A DNA stretch of 54,013 nt, taken from Rhizaria sp. SCN 62-66 (taxonomy: Eukaryota). The translations under genes and the position numbers were made by a program. The notes under the pieces were generated by a model. The model searched no databases, was not told the origin of the DNA, and saw nothing but the letters and a program-made list of their open reading frames with translations. The first letter of the stretch is position 1. Every line of letters begins with the position of its first letter. The DNA lies in contig MEDY01000194.1 of assembly GCA_001724265.1 (NCBI GenBank), positions 1 to 54,013 on the forward strand, read 5' to 3'. Shown one piece after another: positions 44,148 through 54,013 of this stretch.

Positions 44148-47100
44148 ATGAGCTGCACAGCAATGCGTCTAAAAAGACTGGCGCTGCTTGCGTGCGTGGC
44201 GCTCGCGCTGCTCCTGTGCACCGTCTCTGTCTCTGCCTCGCTCGCCTCAGCATCTGCCTTGTCAGCCTCTACCGCCGCCGCCGCTGCTCCTGCCGCCGCC
44301 TCGCTTTCCTCCCAGCCCGCCCCCCAGCTCGACGAAGACGAGGACATGGACAACTTTGGCACATTGCTGGCCGCAGACGGCGATGACGACGATGACGGCA
44401 TCGACTTTGACTTCGATGATGCCGACGCCGACGCAGCCGACCGTGCCGACACGATCGCTGACGCTGACGCAACTGGTGATGAGCACGTGACGGATGCCAA
44501 GACTGTTTCGACGGCCAGCGCGCACTCTAATGCTGAACCGCGCACGAGCACTCGCCCTGCCCCCGCTGCCGCTGCTTCTGGTGCTGGCGCTGGCGCTGGC
44601 TCTGGTGCTGGCTCTGGCGCTGCTCGTGGCAAGAGCACTGGTGATAGTAAGACTAAGAACAATGCCGCCAGCGCTGATGCTGACGTCGACGACGCGGACG
44701 TGCTGGATGCATTGATCCTAGACGCGATCGACGAGCGTAACGCCGAAGTCGCCGCTGCTGCCGCCAAGGAGACAGAGAAGACCGACAAGGGTGATAAGAC
44801 TGCTGCTAAAACGGACAGTGACTCCGCAAGCCAGAACCAGCCCAGTAAGACGAGTGGGAGTAGCGCCGCTGCGACGGCAGCGAAGCCCGACTCTGCTGCT
44901 AGCAAGAACAAGAACAAGAACAATGGCAAAGCCTCTTCTGGTGGCCGCACAATGGAAGACATGAGCGAGGACGAGCTTGTCGCCATGCTAGCCGACACCG
45001 AGGCCGCAATGGCGAGACTCACCTCCGCCGGCGCGGTCTCCAAGTCCCAAAAGAGCGCCGCGGACGTGAACAAGGGTGACGGCGCTGTTAAGGGCAAGGG
45101 TGGTGCAAAGGGCAAGTTTAGTATCGGTATGGACGAAGAGGAAGAGCAGGCGATGGCTGCGTTGATCGAAGCCAACGGCGGCGACTTCAATCTCGACGGC
45201 GACGGCGACGGCGACAGTAGCAACGCTGACGGCGACACTGCCGCTGAAGCTGCGCTCGCCGCTGCATTGGCCGCCGAAGACGACGATGACTCCGATCACG
45301 ACGACGGCGACGATCTGCATATGGACGGTGGTGTGGCGGGATTTGACCCTGCTCTGTCGCTGTCAGTCTCTGTAGACGACCGTTCCCTGACCGCGGGCGC
45401 CGGAGCAGTCCTTGCACTGCTCTCCGCCAACGCCAGCTCGAGCGCGAGCGCCAGTGTCGGTGCCGGCGCTAGTTCTCCAAGTGGCGGCAGTGATAAGCGG
45501 TGGAGTGATGCGTTCGCGGCGACTGCACTGTCTGCGGCGCGAGTCCTGGCCGCCGTGGGGGCGGACCTGCCTCCTGCTGCCACCCTTGCTGTCGTCGCGG
45601 CGCCCTCCGCCTCGGCGAGCGCTGACGGTCACAGCACCGCGAGGGCTGCGAATGAGAAGGATGACAATGAGAATGGCAAGTCTGGGATGGACGCAGCGTC
45701 CGCGGTCGCCGCCGGCGCTCTCTTAGCCCACACAGTCTCTCATAGCAATGCTGAGGCTGGCAGTAAAAGTGGCACTGCTGACTCAGCAAATGCGGCAAAT
45801 GGCGGTGGTGCGAACATTGCGCGCGTGATTGTGGTCGCCTCTGGCGACGTCGGTTTTGCCCGCGCATGTGCTTCTTACGCCGCTCTCGCGGGCGCAGTGC
45901 GGACCGAGGCTAAGCTTTGGCCCCAACGCAACGGCAAAGGCAACGCGAAGAGCAAGGGTGATGACAGCCACAAGAAAAGCGCTGGGAACGCACTGGTCAA
46001 CGTGACTCCCGCGCACTCGTTCTTAGCGGGCTCACTGCGGCGCCGCTTCGCGCTTGCGCTCGCCGCGACCGCGCCCGACGCGCCATTGGCCTCTGCCGCT
46101 ACCGCCGCCGCGCTCACTGGCGGCGGCGTCGAGGCGGCCAAGCTGGCGGAGACCGTGGCGCTTACCCCGCTGACTCTCGAGGCGCACCTCATCACCGCCA
46201 CGAACGCTCTCAGCAGCGGCGGCGGCGGTGGCGGCAACGCTAACGACGGCGCCGCCGGGAAAGACGGCAGCGCTGCTGCGGGCGGTGGCGCCGTGTTCTT
46301 GGGTGACGCCGACGCCGTGTGGCTCGCGCAACCAACCGCGACCGGCTTCGGCTTCAACGCCAACACCGGCGGCGGCACCAACGCTGCTGCGTCTGCGACA
46401 GAGGCTGATGTGGCGGCGACGGCAGGGCTGCTGCGCGCGTTTGCGCCGGACACGCTCGTGCTCTCGACTGCGCAGCTGCCAGCCGCTCTGCTCATCACCA
46501 CACACAAAGACAGCAGCAAGGACAAGGACGACAAGAGCAAGAGCGGCGACAAGCCCGCTGCTGGTGCGCACGGTGTTGTTGTGGAGGAGCATCTCATCAC
46601 TCAGCGCATTACTAACGCCCTCGCTGCGAACCCCAAGGAGGCGAACGGTGCTCGTGTGTGGGTTTACCGCGTCTCACCCCTCGCCCTCGCCAACGCGCAC
46701 ACCAACGGTAGCGTTTACAGCAACAGCATCGCTGAATCAGGCGCGTCCCCCAGTCTCGCCGTCGCTGCCAGCCGTGCTGCAGCGAGTATGAGCTCTAGCG
46801 CCGCCTCTGCTGCGGCGGCGGCGCGTGCTGTGTGTTCTCTAGAGGTCGCGCCGCCGCCGTTGCGCGGTGCCGCGGCCTGGGCCCCCGACGCGGTCACGGT
46901 GGTCTTCCCGCGTCCTGCGTTCGCCGTATTTGCGGACTCTGTCGCCGGCGCACCCCGCGGTTTAAGCGCCGGGGGCAAGGGCGCTGGCTCCGAACAGGGG
47001 TTCGAGTTCGGCGACGAGGATGAGGAGTTTGAGAGTAGGGGCCGAAACAGCATCGAGGAGAACGACGATAGCCTGATCCCGTTTGACGAAGCGATCAACA

Positions 47101-47925
47101 CTGAGGCGGACGCGGAATCCGACCCTGACGGTGACCTGGACGCCGCGGACCCGCACGAGGGCGACTTCATGCTCGAGGGCATGATGACCGACCGCGATGA
47201 AGACGGCGACGGATACGGAGACAAGACTGGGGTGCACTTGGAGTAGCTCAAGACCGGCGGCGTGGGCCACGACAATGTACGAATATGCACTATACCTCAG
47301 AAAATCAATGTTTATAACATGCTTATTTGCTTTCGTTTAATTGAAATTTTATTATGAAGTGTTCATATCACAAACGGAAACTCACATCACTTATCTCAAC
47401 TTTGGTTGTTCTTGCGTTCTTGATTGACAACAGGACTACCATTTCGACTCTCTGTACGCAGACGCGGTCGACTCGTCCCACTTTGACCCCGCCCACCACA
47501 GCCCTCGCGGCGGCTCCGCGCCCCCCGCCGACGCCACCGGCCGCGCCCTCATCAGCGTCGCCGCGGGCGTCTGGGGCTTTCTGCTGCTCGCCGCGGCCGC
47601 CGCGGTCGCGCACCAGCGCTTCGTGCGCGGCAAGAGCGCGAGCGTCATCGCCACCGATGCGGGCGCCGCCGCGCTGTGGGTGCTGCAGTGCGGCGGCGCG
47701 GGCGCGGCGGCCGTGGCAGGCGCGCGCAGGCGGTTCGGCCGCGGCGGCGTCTCGACCGAGTCCAACCGGCTCACGGCCGCGGCGGGCGCAGGCGGGGACG
47801 GCGACTCGGATGTCGAGATGGGGTCTGTGAGCCCCGTGGGCGCGAGTCTCAGTCTCAACGTCGGTGCTGGTGCGCTGTCGCCGAGCGCGACACTGGGCAA
47901 GAGTCTGGCAAGCAGCCACCGGTGA
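44148..47925 (+). CDS. Signal-peptide plus C-terminal TM protein with a degenerate DxD glycosyltransferase-like motif, about 1206 aa with one internal TAG; exons 44148-47276 and 47434-47925
   Basis: Signal peptide RLKRLALLACVALALLLCTVSVSA. Motif VFLGDADAVWLAQP. TAG 47244-46 lies 10 codons before the donor AAT|GTACGA. Exon 2 (DYHFDSLY..) encodes the TM helix ALISVAAGVWGFLLLAAAAAVA. Stop TGA. Confidence 0.72.
47277..47433 (+). other. Spliceosomal intron, 157 nt, phase 0
   Basis: AAT|GTACGA ... tgattgacaacAG|GAC. The GC-to-AT transition coincides with the donor. Confidence 0.78.
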
Positions 47926-48273
47926 AATAAGCCTCACACAAAGGTTTCACGCAGATGTAACTCACGATCACAATGCGTTGCAAAAGAAGGGTCAATGTAT
48001 AAGTGCAGTGCTAATGGGGTCGCTCTGTGCGTTTCATGTTTCAAAGAAGTAAGATACTTAGTCAATTTAACAAGTTATACTGCTCACATTATTTCTCTCG
48101 TTTCATTATGGAAACTACAAATTCATGACTTTCAACAAATTGAGTGCATCAGAATTGTCCATAGATTGTGTTGAAGAATGCAAACTAATGTATTTTAGGT
48201 AACTCAGCTAAAGTAACGTGGAATAAATGTGTAAACAATAAATCGTATTGAAATTTAATCTTGATTGTAAGTC

Positions 48274-51200
48274 TTAGTCGCTGGGCCTCGCAAGTGCCAT
48301 CGCCTTGGCCAGGGCCCGCGCCTCCAGCTCTCCACCCGCGGCGATACGACCACCGCCTGCGCGCGCAGCCTGTGCCAGCAGCGCGAGCTGCGGCGCAGCC
48401 AGCGCTGACGTGCCGGCACGCACGCGCCGCGCCAGTTCAGCCCGGTGCGCACTCTGCACGCGTACGCTCTCGCTCTCTGACGCGCTATCGGATGCTGAGG
48501 CTGGCGCGGTGAGCGGAGGCAGAAGTGACAGGATGTGCATGTCACGGATCAGAGCGAGCAATGCGGCCTCGTAAAGAGCGTCATCGTCGCCGTTATCAGC
48601 GGCATCGGAGCCGTTATTGCTCGCTGTGACAGGCTGGGCCGCAACGCGCGGGTGGGAGGTCTGGGGGCGGGGACGCAACTGAGGCTGCTGTGCTGCCTGT
48701 GTAGTGGCAACCTGCTTGATGGCTTCGACAGCTGGCTGATCCACTGCACTGCGTTGTTGTTGCACACTTGGGGCAACCACTGCCTTTGTGGTGTGTGCGG
48801 TGGCAGGACGGGGCCGCGTCTGCGCAGTCGGCTGACTGTGAGCAGCTGGATTAGATAACGCTGCAGATAGACTCTGCGCCGCCGCGGCCTCAGAGCAGCC
48901 CTGTGCGGCCGCCACACCGGCCAACAGTGCCGACGCAGCCGCTGCAGTCTGCACAGCGGTTTGCCGCGCGCGCTGCGCCGTCACAAACGCGCTGAACGCC
49001 GGCGGGGGCGCAGCGGCAGCAACAGCGGGATTAGTTGTCGTAGCAGCGTGAGCAGCTGCAATAGGCACTGTTGTTGTCGCAGTAGATGCAGGAGCACTAC
49101 CTCCAGACAAGGGGCGCCGTCCTGCGTCAGCAGCAGTCACAACAGCCCCGTTAGAATTGCTGCTGCTCACTGTGGTTGGCAAAGAAAACGCGGCGCCCGA
49201 CGGTGAGAAGCTGCTGAACCCAGCCCCGCCCGCGCCGCCACCGCCCTGGAACACCGGCCTTTGCAGCAGCGGCGCAACACCGGCAAACGCACTCGCGGGC
49301 CGTGCGCGGCCGACAGCAGCGGCACCCGTGGTCACAGTGTCGATACGGGTGCTATCAGCGGTGCGTGTGGGGCGCAGACCGACGCCGGCTACTGAACCCA
49401 CCGCCAGCACGTCCGCCGCCGCCGCAGCCGCGAGGGGGTCGGCGCCGGTGGCAACCGTGAGCGCGGTGGCGGGCTTGGCTTGCGCTATGGCGTGCGCGCG
49501 CGCCACTGCGTGTGCCGCGGTGAGCGACTGGGCCAGCGACAGCGGCATACTGGCGCGCGCCTCGGAAGAAGCGGTGGGGGGACGCCGGCGCAACCGGTGC
49601 TCATGGGTCGTGTTCTCTGTCTGCGTCTGCACCTGAGACTGCGTCTGCGACTGTGGGTCAGGCTCGGAGTTAGACTGCTTTGTCGCCGGATCAGTGTTAG
49701 CCGCAGGCGTGGCTACGCGAGTGCAAACTTGCGCTTCAGCCACGGGCTTCGCAGTCGCCAGCTCAGGCTCCGCCACAGTCGCAACAGCTGCTGTGTCCGC
49801 GGCCGCCGCAGCAGCTACCGCGAGCACAGCGCTCGCTGAAACAGCTGAGGTGGACGCAGTGGACGGTGCAGCAGAGAGAGAGTTGGCAAGCGCGGGCACC
49901 GCCAGGGCGTGCGATGGAGCAGGGCGGAAAGCGAACGCGGTCAGCGGGCGCCTCTGCCGGCGAGTCGCATCCACAATGACGGCAGCAGCTGAGGCAGTAG
50001 TCACAGGTGAAACGTTTGTCTCTGAAGCAGAAACAGGCGCGCTCGGACCAGCCGCAGACACTGCTGTGGACCCGGCCGGTTCACCAACAGGCTGAACAGT
50101 CGTTGCAGTCACCTCCTCACTAATCTGATCTCTCTTCGCTGATTCGTCGACAACAGGCATTGTGGTTGTTTCCATCTCCCGCGCCCCTGGCGCTGACTCA
50201 GCAGCCGCAACCGCAGGTCTCGCCACAGCGTTCACCGCGTAGTTTGCCGCAGCACCCGCCACGGCGTTCGCTGCAGCGCGCGCGTGCAGTGTGCCAGCAG
50301 TCGCCGGCCTGCGACCCGTGTCCCGCGCAACCAGCCGCGCACGCAGCTCGTCCCGGAGCGCTCGCAGCTCTGCCGCCGTCTCGAGCGCGCGCGCCCGCTC
50401 CAGCGCCTCGCGCTGCTGACCCGCCGCGACTGCCGCAACGGCCGCGGCCGCGGCAGCAGCGGCAGCCTCGGCGGCGGTGGCCGCGCCCGCGAGAACAGCC
50501 GCCTCAGCGGTCACGGCGGGGGGCGTCGCGGGACGCGCGCAGGCCGCCGCGGCCGCCGGCGTCGGCGTCGGCGGCTGAGGAAGAGGCGGGGGCCGGCACG
50601 CGTCAGACGCTGGCGGTTGATGCGCCCACTGGTCAAGCGCGGTCCACAGCTTGCTTTCGCGCCACGGAGACTCGGGCTCGGCGGGCTTAGGCGGCGGCTG
50701 TTGCGAGGCGGTTGGAGGGTCGGGCGGAATAGAGACGGACATGGCAGAGACCGGCGCTTTGGGTGATGTTGCCTTTCTGGGGGCGAGCGACGGAGACTGC
50801 GAAGGGACTGCATCCGTGACAGTTGAAGAAGACAATGCTGGTTGGGCAGAAGACTGCGACTGTGACTGGGACTGCTGTGACGGGAAGTTGAGCACAGTGA
50901 AAGGCGACCGAGGACGCATGTGCTGATGTTGCTGCTGCTGTTGCTGCTGTTGCTGGTGATGAAGCTGGAGTGCAGGTGACAATGGACGCGAGTGTGGGGG
51001 CCGCGGAGGCAGCGCACTATGTTGCCCCACTAGCGGCACCTGTGCCGGACCGTGAGCAGAGGGACCGTGAGCACCAGCAGTGGCGGTGGCGGTCTGGTAC
51101 GAAGGCGTGCGCGGGCGCTGGTGCGGTGTGCGCGCGCGCGCCTGTGCCCACGATGGGTGCAAACCGGTATCGTCCTGTTGTTGTTGCGGCTGCAGTCGCT

Positions 51201-54013
51201 GCTGCTGTAACTGCATCTGGTGCAACTGCAGACTGTCGCCGTACGGCGCGCCGCTCCCGTCGTGAGCAAGCGCGTCGGCGTGGTGATCGCCCGTAAGCAC
51301 GCCAGGGTTGCTCTCCTGTGCATTGGCATTCCCGTCACAGCCACCGTTGTCGTTGGCGCGACCGTTGTCGTCGGCATTCCCGTCACGCGTGCTGGGTCTG
51401 CCGTCGGCGTCGCCGCCGTCAGCGTCAGCGTCGATGTTGACGTGCAGTCCCGGACTGTTCTCGTTGATTCTCGCGACCGAGGCCCTGACCTCCTCGACCG
51501 TGGTCGGCGCAAGGAACGAGATGTGGCGTGTGTGCCGCGGCTTCCTGGCGCGCCCGCCACTGTCACGGTGGTCGCCGTCGCGGCGAATGCTCGTCGGCGT
51601 CGGCGCGTGCGCTGTCTCACCAGCCACGGCCGCGGTGATCACGTGACCATCACCGCCGTTCGACAGCGGCTGCTGCTCCTCCTCGGCGACCACGGGCACT
51701 GCAGGGGGGATGCTCTGTGACTGCGTATGTTGCACGGGGGTGAACGGCGACGTGAAGCGCGCGCTGGTGCTGGCGCTAAAGCTTGCGCTACCGGGGAAAC
51801 CAGCCAGTGCCGCGCCGGGGATGGCGCTTGCCGCAGCGCTGCTATGGGCGCCGTCAACAGCGTTCGCGTTCACACTGGTGCTGTGGCTGCTGCTGCTGCT
51901 ACTGCTGCTGCTGACGTTGCTGACGTTGCTGGGGAACGTGTTAGGGAAGACCGGCCACGGAGTCTCGGGCGTGGGCAGGGCGTTGCCAGCGCCGCCGCTG
52001 CTGTTGTTCGCAGCGGCGGCCGCTGCCAGGGGGTCCAAACCGAGGCCCGAGCCGGAGCCGGAGCCGGGCGCGGAGTTGAGCCCTGGCGGCGTGAGCATCG
52101 GCTCGCTCAGACTCACGTGGCGGTGGTGCAGCTGCAGCCGGAGCTTCGCGGGGGGTTGCGCCTGCGCCTGCGGCCGCGCCGCAGCACCGCTGAACACGAC
52201 CTCTGGCCCGAGAGCGCCGTAGAAGCTGCCGGCGCCGGCCGCGCCAATGCCTCCAGCAGCACCGAGAGCCGCGGCGGCTGCGAGCGCGGCTCCGGGGCCG
52301 AGCCCGGTGAGACCAAGTCCGAGCGTGCCGCCGGTGCCAGCTGTGCCAGCGCCGCCGCCGGCGTGAGAAGAGGAGGCGAGCGTTGATAGAGAGCGCACGT
52401 GCGCGGGCTGCCGCGGTCCGTCTAAGGGGGCGTTCGCGCCGTCTACGGGGGTGCTTGCGCCTGTTCCCGCGTGCGGAACGGGAAACGTAATATGGCTGTG
52501 AGCGCGGTTGTGGCGCGGCGACGCCGTCGCTGCCGCTACTGCTTTAAGACCAGCATTCGCACTGGTGCTGTTAGCGGCGGCGGCGGCGGCGGCAGCGGCG
52601 CTTGCAGCAGTGGCCGCCGCGGCGGCAGCAATCTCAGCAGCCAGCGCCGCGTCCGCCGCCGCCGCCGCCGCCGCCGCCTGCGCTATCGCCACCACGTCGT
52701 CGTCGTTGCTCGCCTTCTTCCCCGCGCCGCCGGAGCCGGCGCCAGTCGCTGCGGTCACGGCGGCGGCGGCAGTGCGCACAGCGCGGTCGGCCGGGGTCGG
52801 CCACCGCAGCCGCACCAGCCTCACCGGCCCCGCCGCCCCCGCCGCCGCGGCACCAGTCTCTGAGAGCCCTGTCGGCAGCGACTGTGCGCCCAATGACGGC
52901 GCGGCAGAGGCAGCAGCGGAGCCGGCGGGGGTCGGCGCATTCGACGCGGGGCTGCTGCGGAACGGGGATGGCGCTGCCGCAGTGGCGTAGGAAGGGAAAT
53001 GCACAACGGCGGGCGTGCTGGGGGGGTCTGGCCGTTGCGATGACGGTGACAGCGCACTGGTGCTACGGCTATCAGCGTCTTGACCGCCGCCGCTACGGTT
53101 GGCGTGAGTCTGAGCGCCGAAAGGAGCGGGGGGCGACTGCGGCTCTGGCCCGACGAAGACTGTGGGCATCACCTCACCCGCGCAGAGGGACCGCCAGAGG
53201 CGCACCAACGCGGCCGACAGGGAGGCGCCGGGGCCGGCCGGCAGGTCCGAGGACTCCACGGCGGCGCCAGTGCTGGAGGCGGGTGCCGCGGCGGCGGGCT
53301 GTGCGGCGGCTGCGGCTGCGGCGGCGGACACGGCTGCGGCGGCGGCTGCGGCGGCGGCGGTGGCGGCCGCAGCGGCAGCGCTGCTCGGGCCAGTCAGCGC
53401 CCCCGAATTTGCGGTGGCCGCAGTGGCGGCGACGACAGCTGATCGGGGCGACGGCGACGGGAAAGCAGGCACACCGCCGCTCGCACCGAGGCCGTGGTGA
53501 AAGCTCGGGATGGCCGAAGAGGGCGGGCGTGAGCGCAGAGCGAAAGGGCTCGGGCCGCCGCCGTTAAGAGGCGAACACGGCCGCGAGGAAGAACTCAAGC
53601 CGTCCGCGCCGTAATTTAAGCCGCCCGCGTGCTGCGCCGCGAGCGCAGCGGTGGCGGTGCGCGCCGCCCACTGGCTCAGCCGCTGCGGGTGCAAGTTCAG
53701 CAACAAATGGTGCGAGAACCGCTGAGTGAGCGGCACGCCGGCCAAGTGCTCCGTGCCAATGCCAACGCCAGGGTTTGAGCCGGCGCCGGCACCGTCATCA
53801 TCGCCGGCCGAGGCGTCCGCCGTGTTGCCGTTGCTACCGCTGCTGTGGCTCGCGCCCGTGCCAGTTCCGGCGCCGGTGCCTGTGCCGAGGAGCTGGGGCA
53901 GCGCGGGGGCTTCGGACGCCGCCAGCGCGGCCGCGGCCGCGGCGGCGGCGGCGGCGCGGGCGCGGGCGGCGGTCGCGATGCGCGCGCGCGCCGCGGCGGT
54001 GGCGGCAGCGGTC
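48274..54013 (-). CDS. Large low-complexity (Ala/Ser/Pro/Gln-rich) protein, 5'-truncated by the window edge
   Basis: The frame of ORF 48274..53745 stays open to the window end. Recurrent RPxTA/RPxSA motifs and a short coiled coil. No recognisable domain. Stop TAA. Confidence 0.75.
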   Translation of the reverse strand, partial: TAAATAAARARIATAARARAAAAAAAAAALAASEAPALPQLLGTGTGAGTGTGASHSSGSNGNTADASAGDDDGAGAGSNPGVGIGTEHLAGVPLTQRFSHHLLLNLHPQRLSQWAARTATAALAAQHAGGLNYGADGLSSSSRPCSPLNGGGPSPFALRSRPPSSAIPSFHHGLGASGGVPAFPSPSPRSAVVAATAATANSGALTGPSSAAAAAATAAAAAAAAAVSAAAAAAAAQPAAAAPASSTGAAVESSDLPAGPGASLSAALVRLWRSLCAGEVMPTVFVGPEPQSPPAPFGAQTHANRSGGGQDADSRSTSALSPSSQRPDPPSTPAVVHFPSYATAAAPSPFRSSPASNAPTPAGSAAASAAPSLGAQSLPTGLSETGAAAAGAAGPVRLVRLRWPTPADRAVRTAAAAVTAATGAGSGGAGKKASNDDDVVAIAQAAAAAAAADAALAAEIAAAAAATAASAAAAAAAAANSTSANAGLKAVAAATASPRHNRAHSHITFPVPHAGTGASTPVDGANAPLDGPRQPAHVRSLSTLASSSHAGGGAGTAGTGGTLGLGLTGLGPGAALAAAAALGAAGGIGAAGAGSFYGALGPEVVFSGAAARPQAQAQPPAKLRLQLHHRHVSLSEPMLTPPGLNSAPGSGSGSGLGLDPLAAAAAANNSSGGAGNALPTPETPWPVFPNTFPSNVSNVSSSSSSSSSHSTSVNANAVDGAHSSAAASAIPGAALAGFPGSASFSASTSARFTSPFTPVQHTQSQSIPPAVPVVAEEEQQPLSNGGDGHVITAAVAGETAHAPTPTSIRRDGDHRDSGGRARKPRHTRHISFLAPTTVEEVRASVARINENSPGLHVNIDADADGGDADGRPSTRDGNADDNGRANDNGGCDGNANAQESNPGVLTGDHHADALAHDGSGAPYGDSLQLHQMQLQQQRLQPQQQQDDTGLHPSWAQARARTPHQRPRTPSYQTATATAGAHGPSAHGPAQVPLVGQHSALPPRPPHSRPLSPALQLHHQQQQQQQQQHQHMRPRSPFTVLNFPSQQSQSQSQSSAQPALSSSTVTDAVPSQSPSLAPRKATSPKAPVSAMSVSIPPDPPTASQQPPPKPAEPESPWRESKLWTALDQWAHQPPASDACRPPPLPQPPTPTPAAAAACARPATPPAVTAEAAVLAGAATAAEAAAAAAAAAVAAVAAGQQREALERARALETAAELRALRDELRARLVARDTGRRPATAGTLHARAAANAVAGAAANYAVNAVARPAVAAAESAPGAREMETTTMPVVDESAKRDQISEEVTATTVQPVGEPAGSTAVSAAGPSAPVSASETNVSPVTTASAAAVIVDATRRQRRPLTAFAFRPAPSHALAVPALANSLSAAPSTASTSAVSASAVLAVAAAAAADTAAVATVAEPELATAKPVAEAQVCTRVATPAANTDPATKQSNSEPDPQSQTQSQVQTQTENTTHEHRLRRRPPTASSEARASMPLSLAQSLTAAHAVARAHAIAQAKPATALTVATGADPLAAAAAADVLAVGSVAGVGLRPTRTADSTRIDTVTTGAAAVGRARPASAFAGVAPLLQRPVFQGGGGAGGAGFSSFSPSGAAFSLPTTVSSSNSNGAVVTAADAGRRPLSGGSAPASTATTTVPIAAAHAATTTNPAVAAAAPPPAFSAFVTAQRARQTAVQTAAAASALLAGVAAAQGCSEAAAAQSLSAALSNPAAHSQPTAQTRPRPATAHTTKAVVAPSVQQQRSAVDQPAVEAIKQVATTQAAQQPQLRPRPQTSHPRVAAQPVTASNNGSDAADNGDDDALYEAALLALIRDMHILSLLPPLTAPASASDSASESESVRVQSAHRAELARRVRAGTSALAAPQLALLAQAARAGGGRIAAGGELEARALAKAMALARPSD

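Noticed and set aside
11904-47246. A-to-I editing (UAG to UGG, Trp), pyrrolysine or programmed readthrough as the cause of the TAGs
   Set aside because: Contexts do not suit Trp, the 3' flanks share no readthrough signal, three TAGs occur in one gene, and none of these explains the absence of terminal TAG. Disfavoured, not excluded without RNA data.
47452-47462. Alternative acceptor cgcAG at 47461
   Set aside because: With a phase-0 donor it enters the Pro/Arg-rich shadow frame. The acceptor at 47433 gives the TM-encoding frame.
50-54013. Many long antisense or alternate-frame ORFs in the track (e.g. 6663-7772, 23655-24944, 34076-35638, 38839-40398, 42142-43494)
   Set aside because: Shadows of GC-rich, Ala-rich genes. 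They have no motifs and do not match AT-rich boundaries.
1-54013. CRISPR arrays, transposases, reverse transcriptases, rRNA
   Set aside because: No repeat-spacer periodicity, mobile-element motifs or rRNA signatures seen.

Overview
Compact genome segment of a GC-rich unicellular eukaryote (taxon not identifiable from the sequence). It holds about 15 protein-coding genes on both strands, AT-rich spacers and eight short GT-AG introns, seven with a GTACG donor. Recognisable genes are an ERK7/MAPK15-type kinase, class III alcohol dehydrogenase, DPH2, a CBS-domain (AMPK-gamma-like) protein, a 3xCCCH zinc-finger protein, a FANCD2-like protein and a two-domain PqiA-like membrane protein. There are also several Ala-inflated, catalytically degenerate enzyme folds and orphan genes. 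Main finding: the window appears to use a non-standard nuclear genetic code in which UAG is a sense codon (Gln most likely, Leu not excluded) while UAA and UGA remain stops. At least six TAG codons lie in frame inside four otherwise continuous genes, and none of the 15 gene models ends in TAG (10 TAA, 5 TGA). Secondary signals are the GTACG 5' splice consensus, a GACCGTGRGC-type motif in the divergent promoters and a low-GC island at about 25.4-28.1 kb. All product calls come from motif recognition by eye, not database searches.
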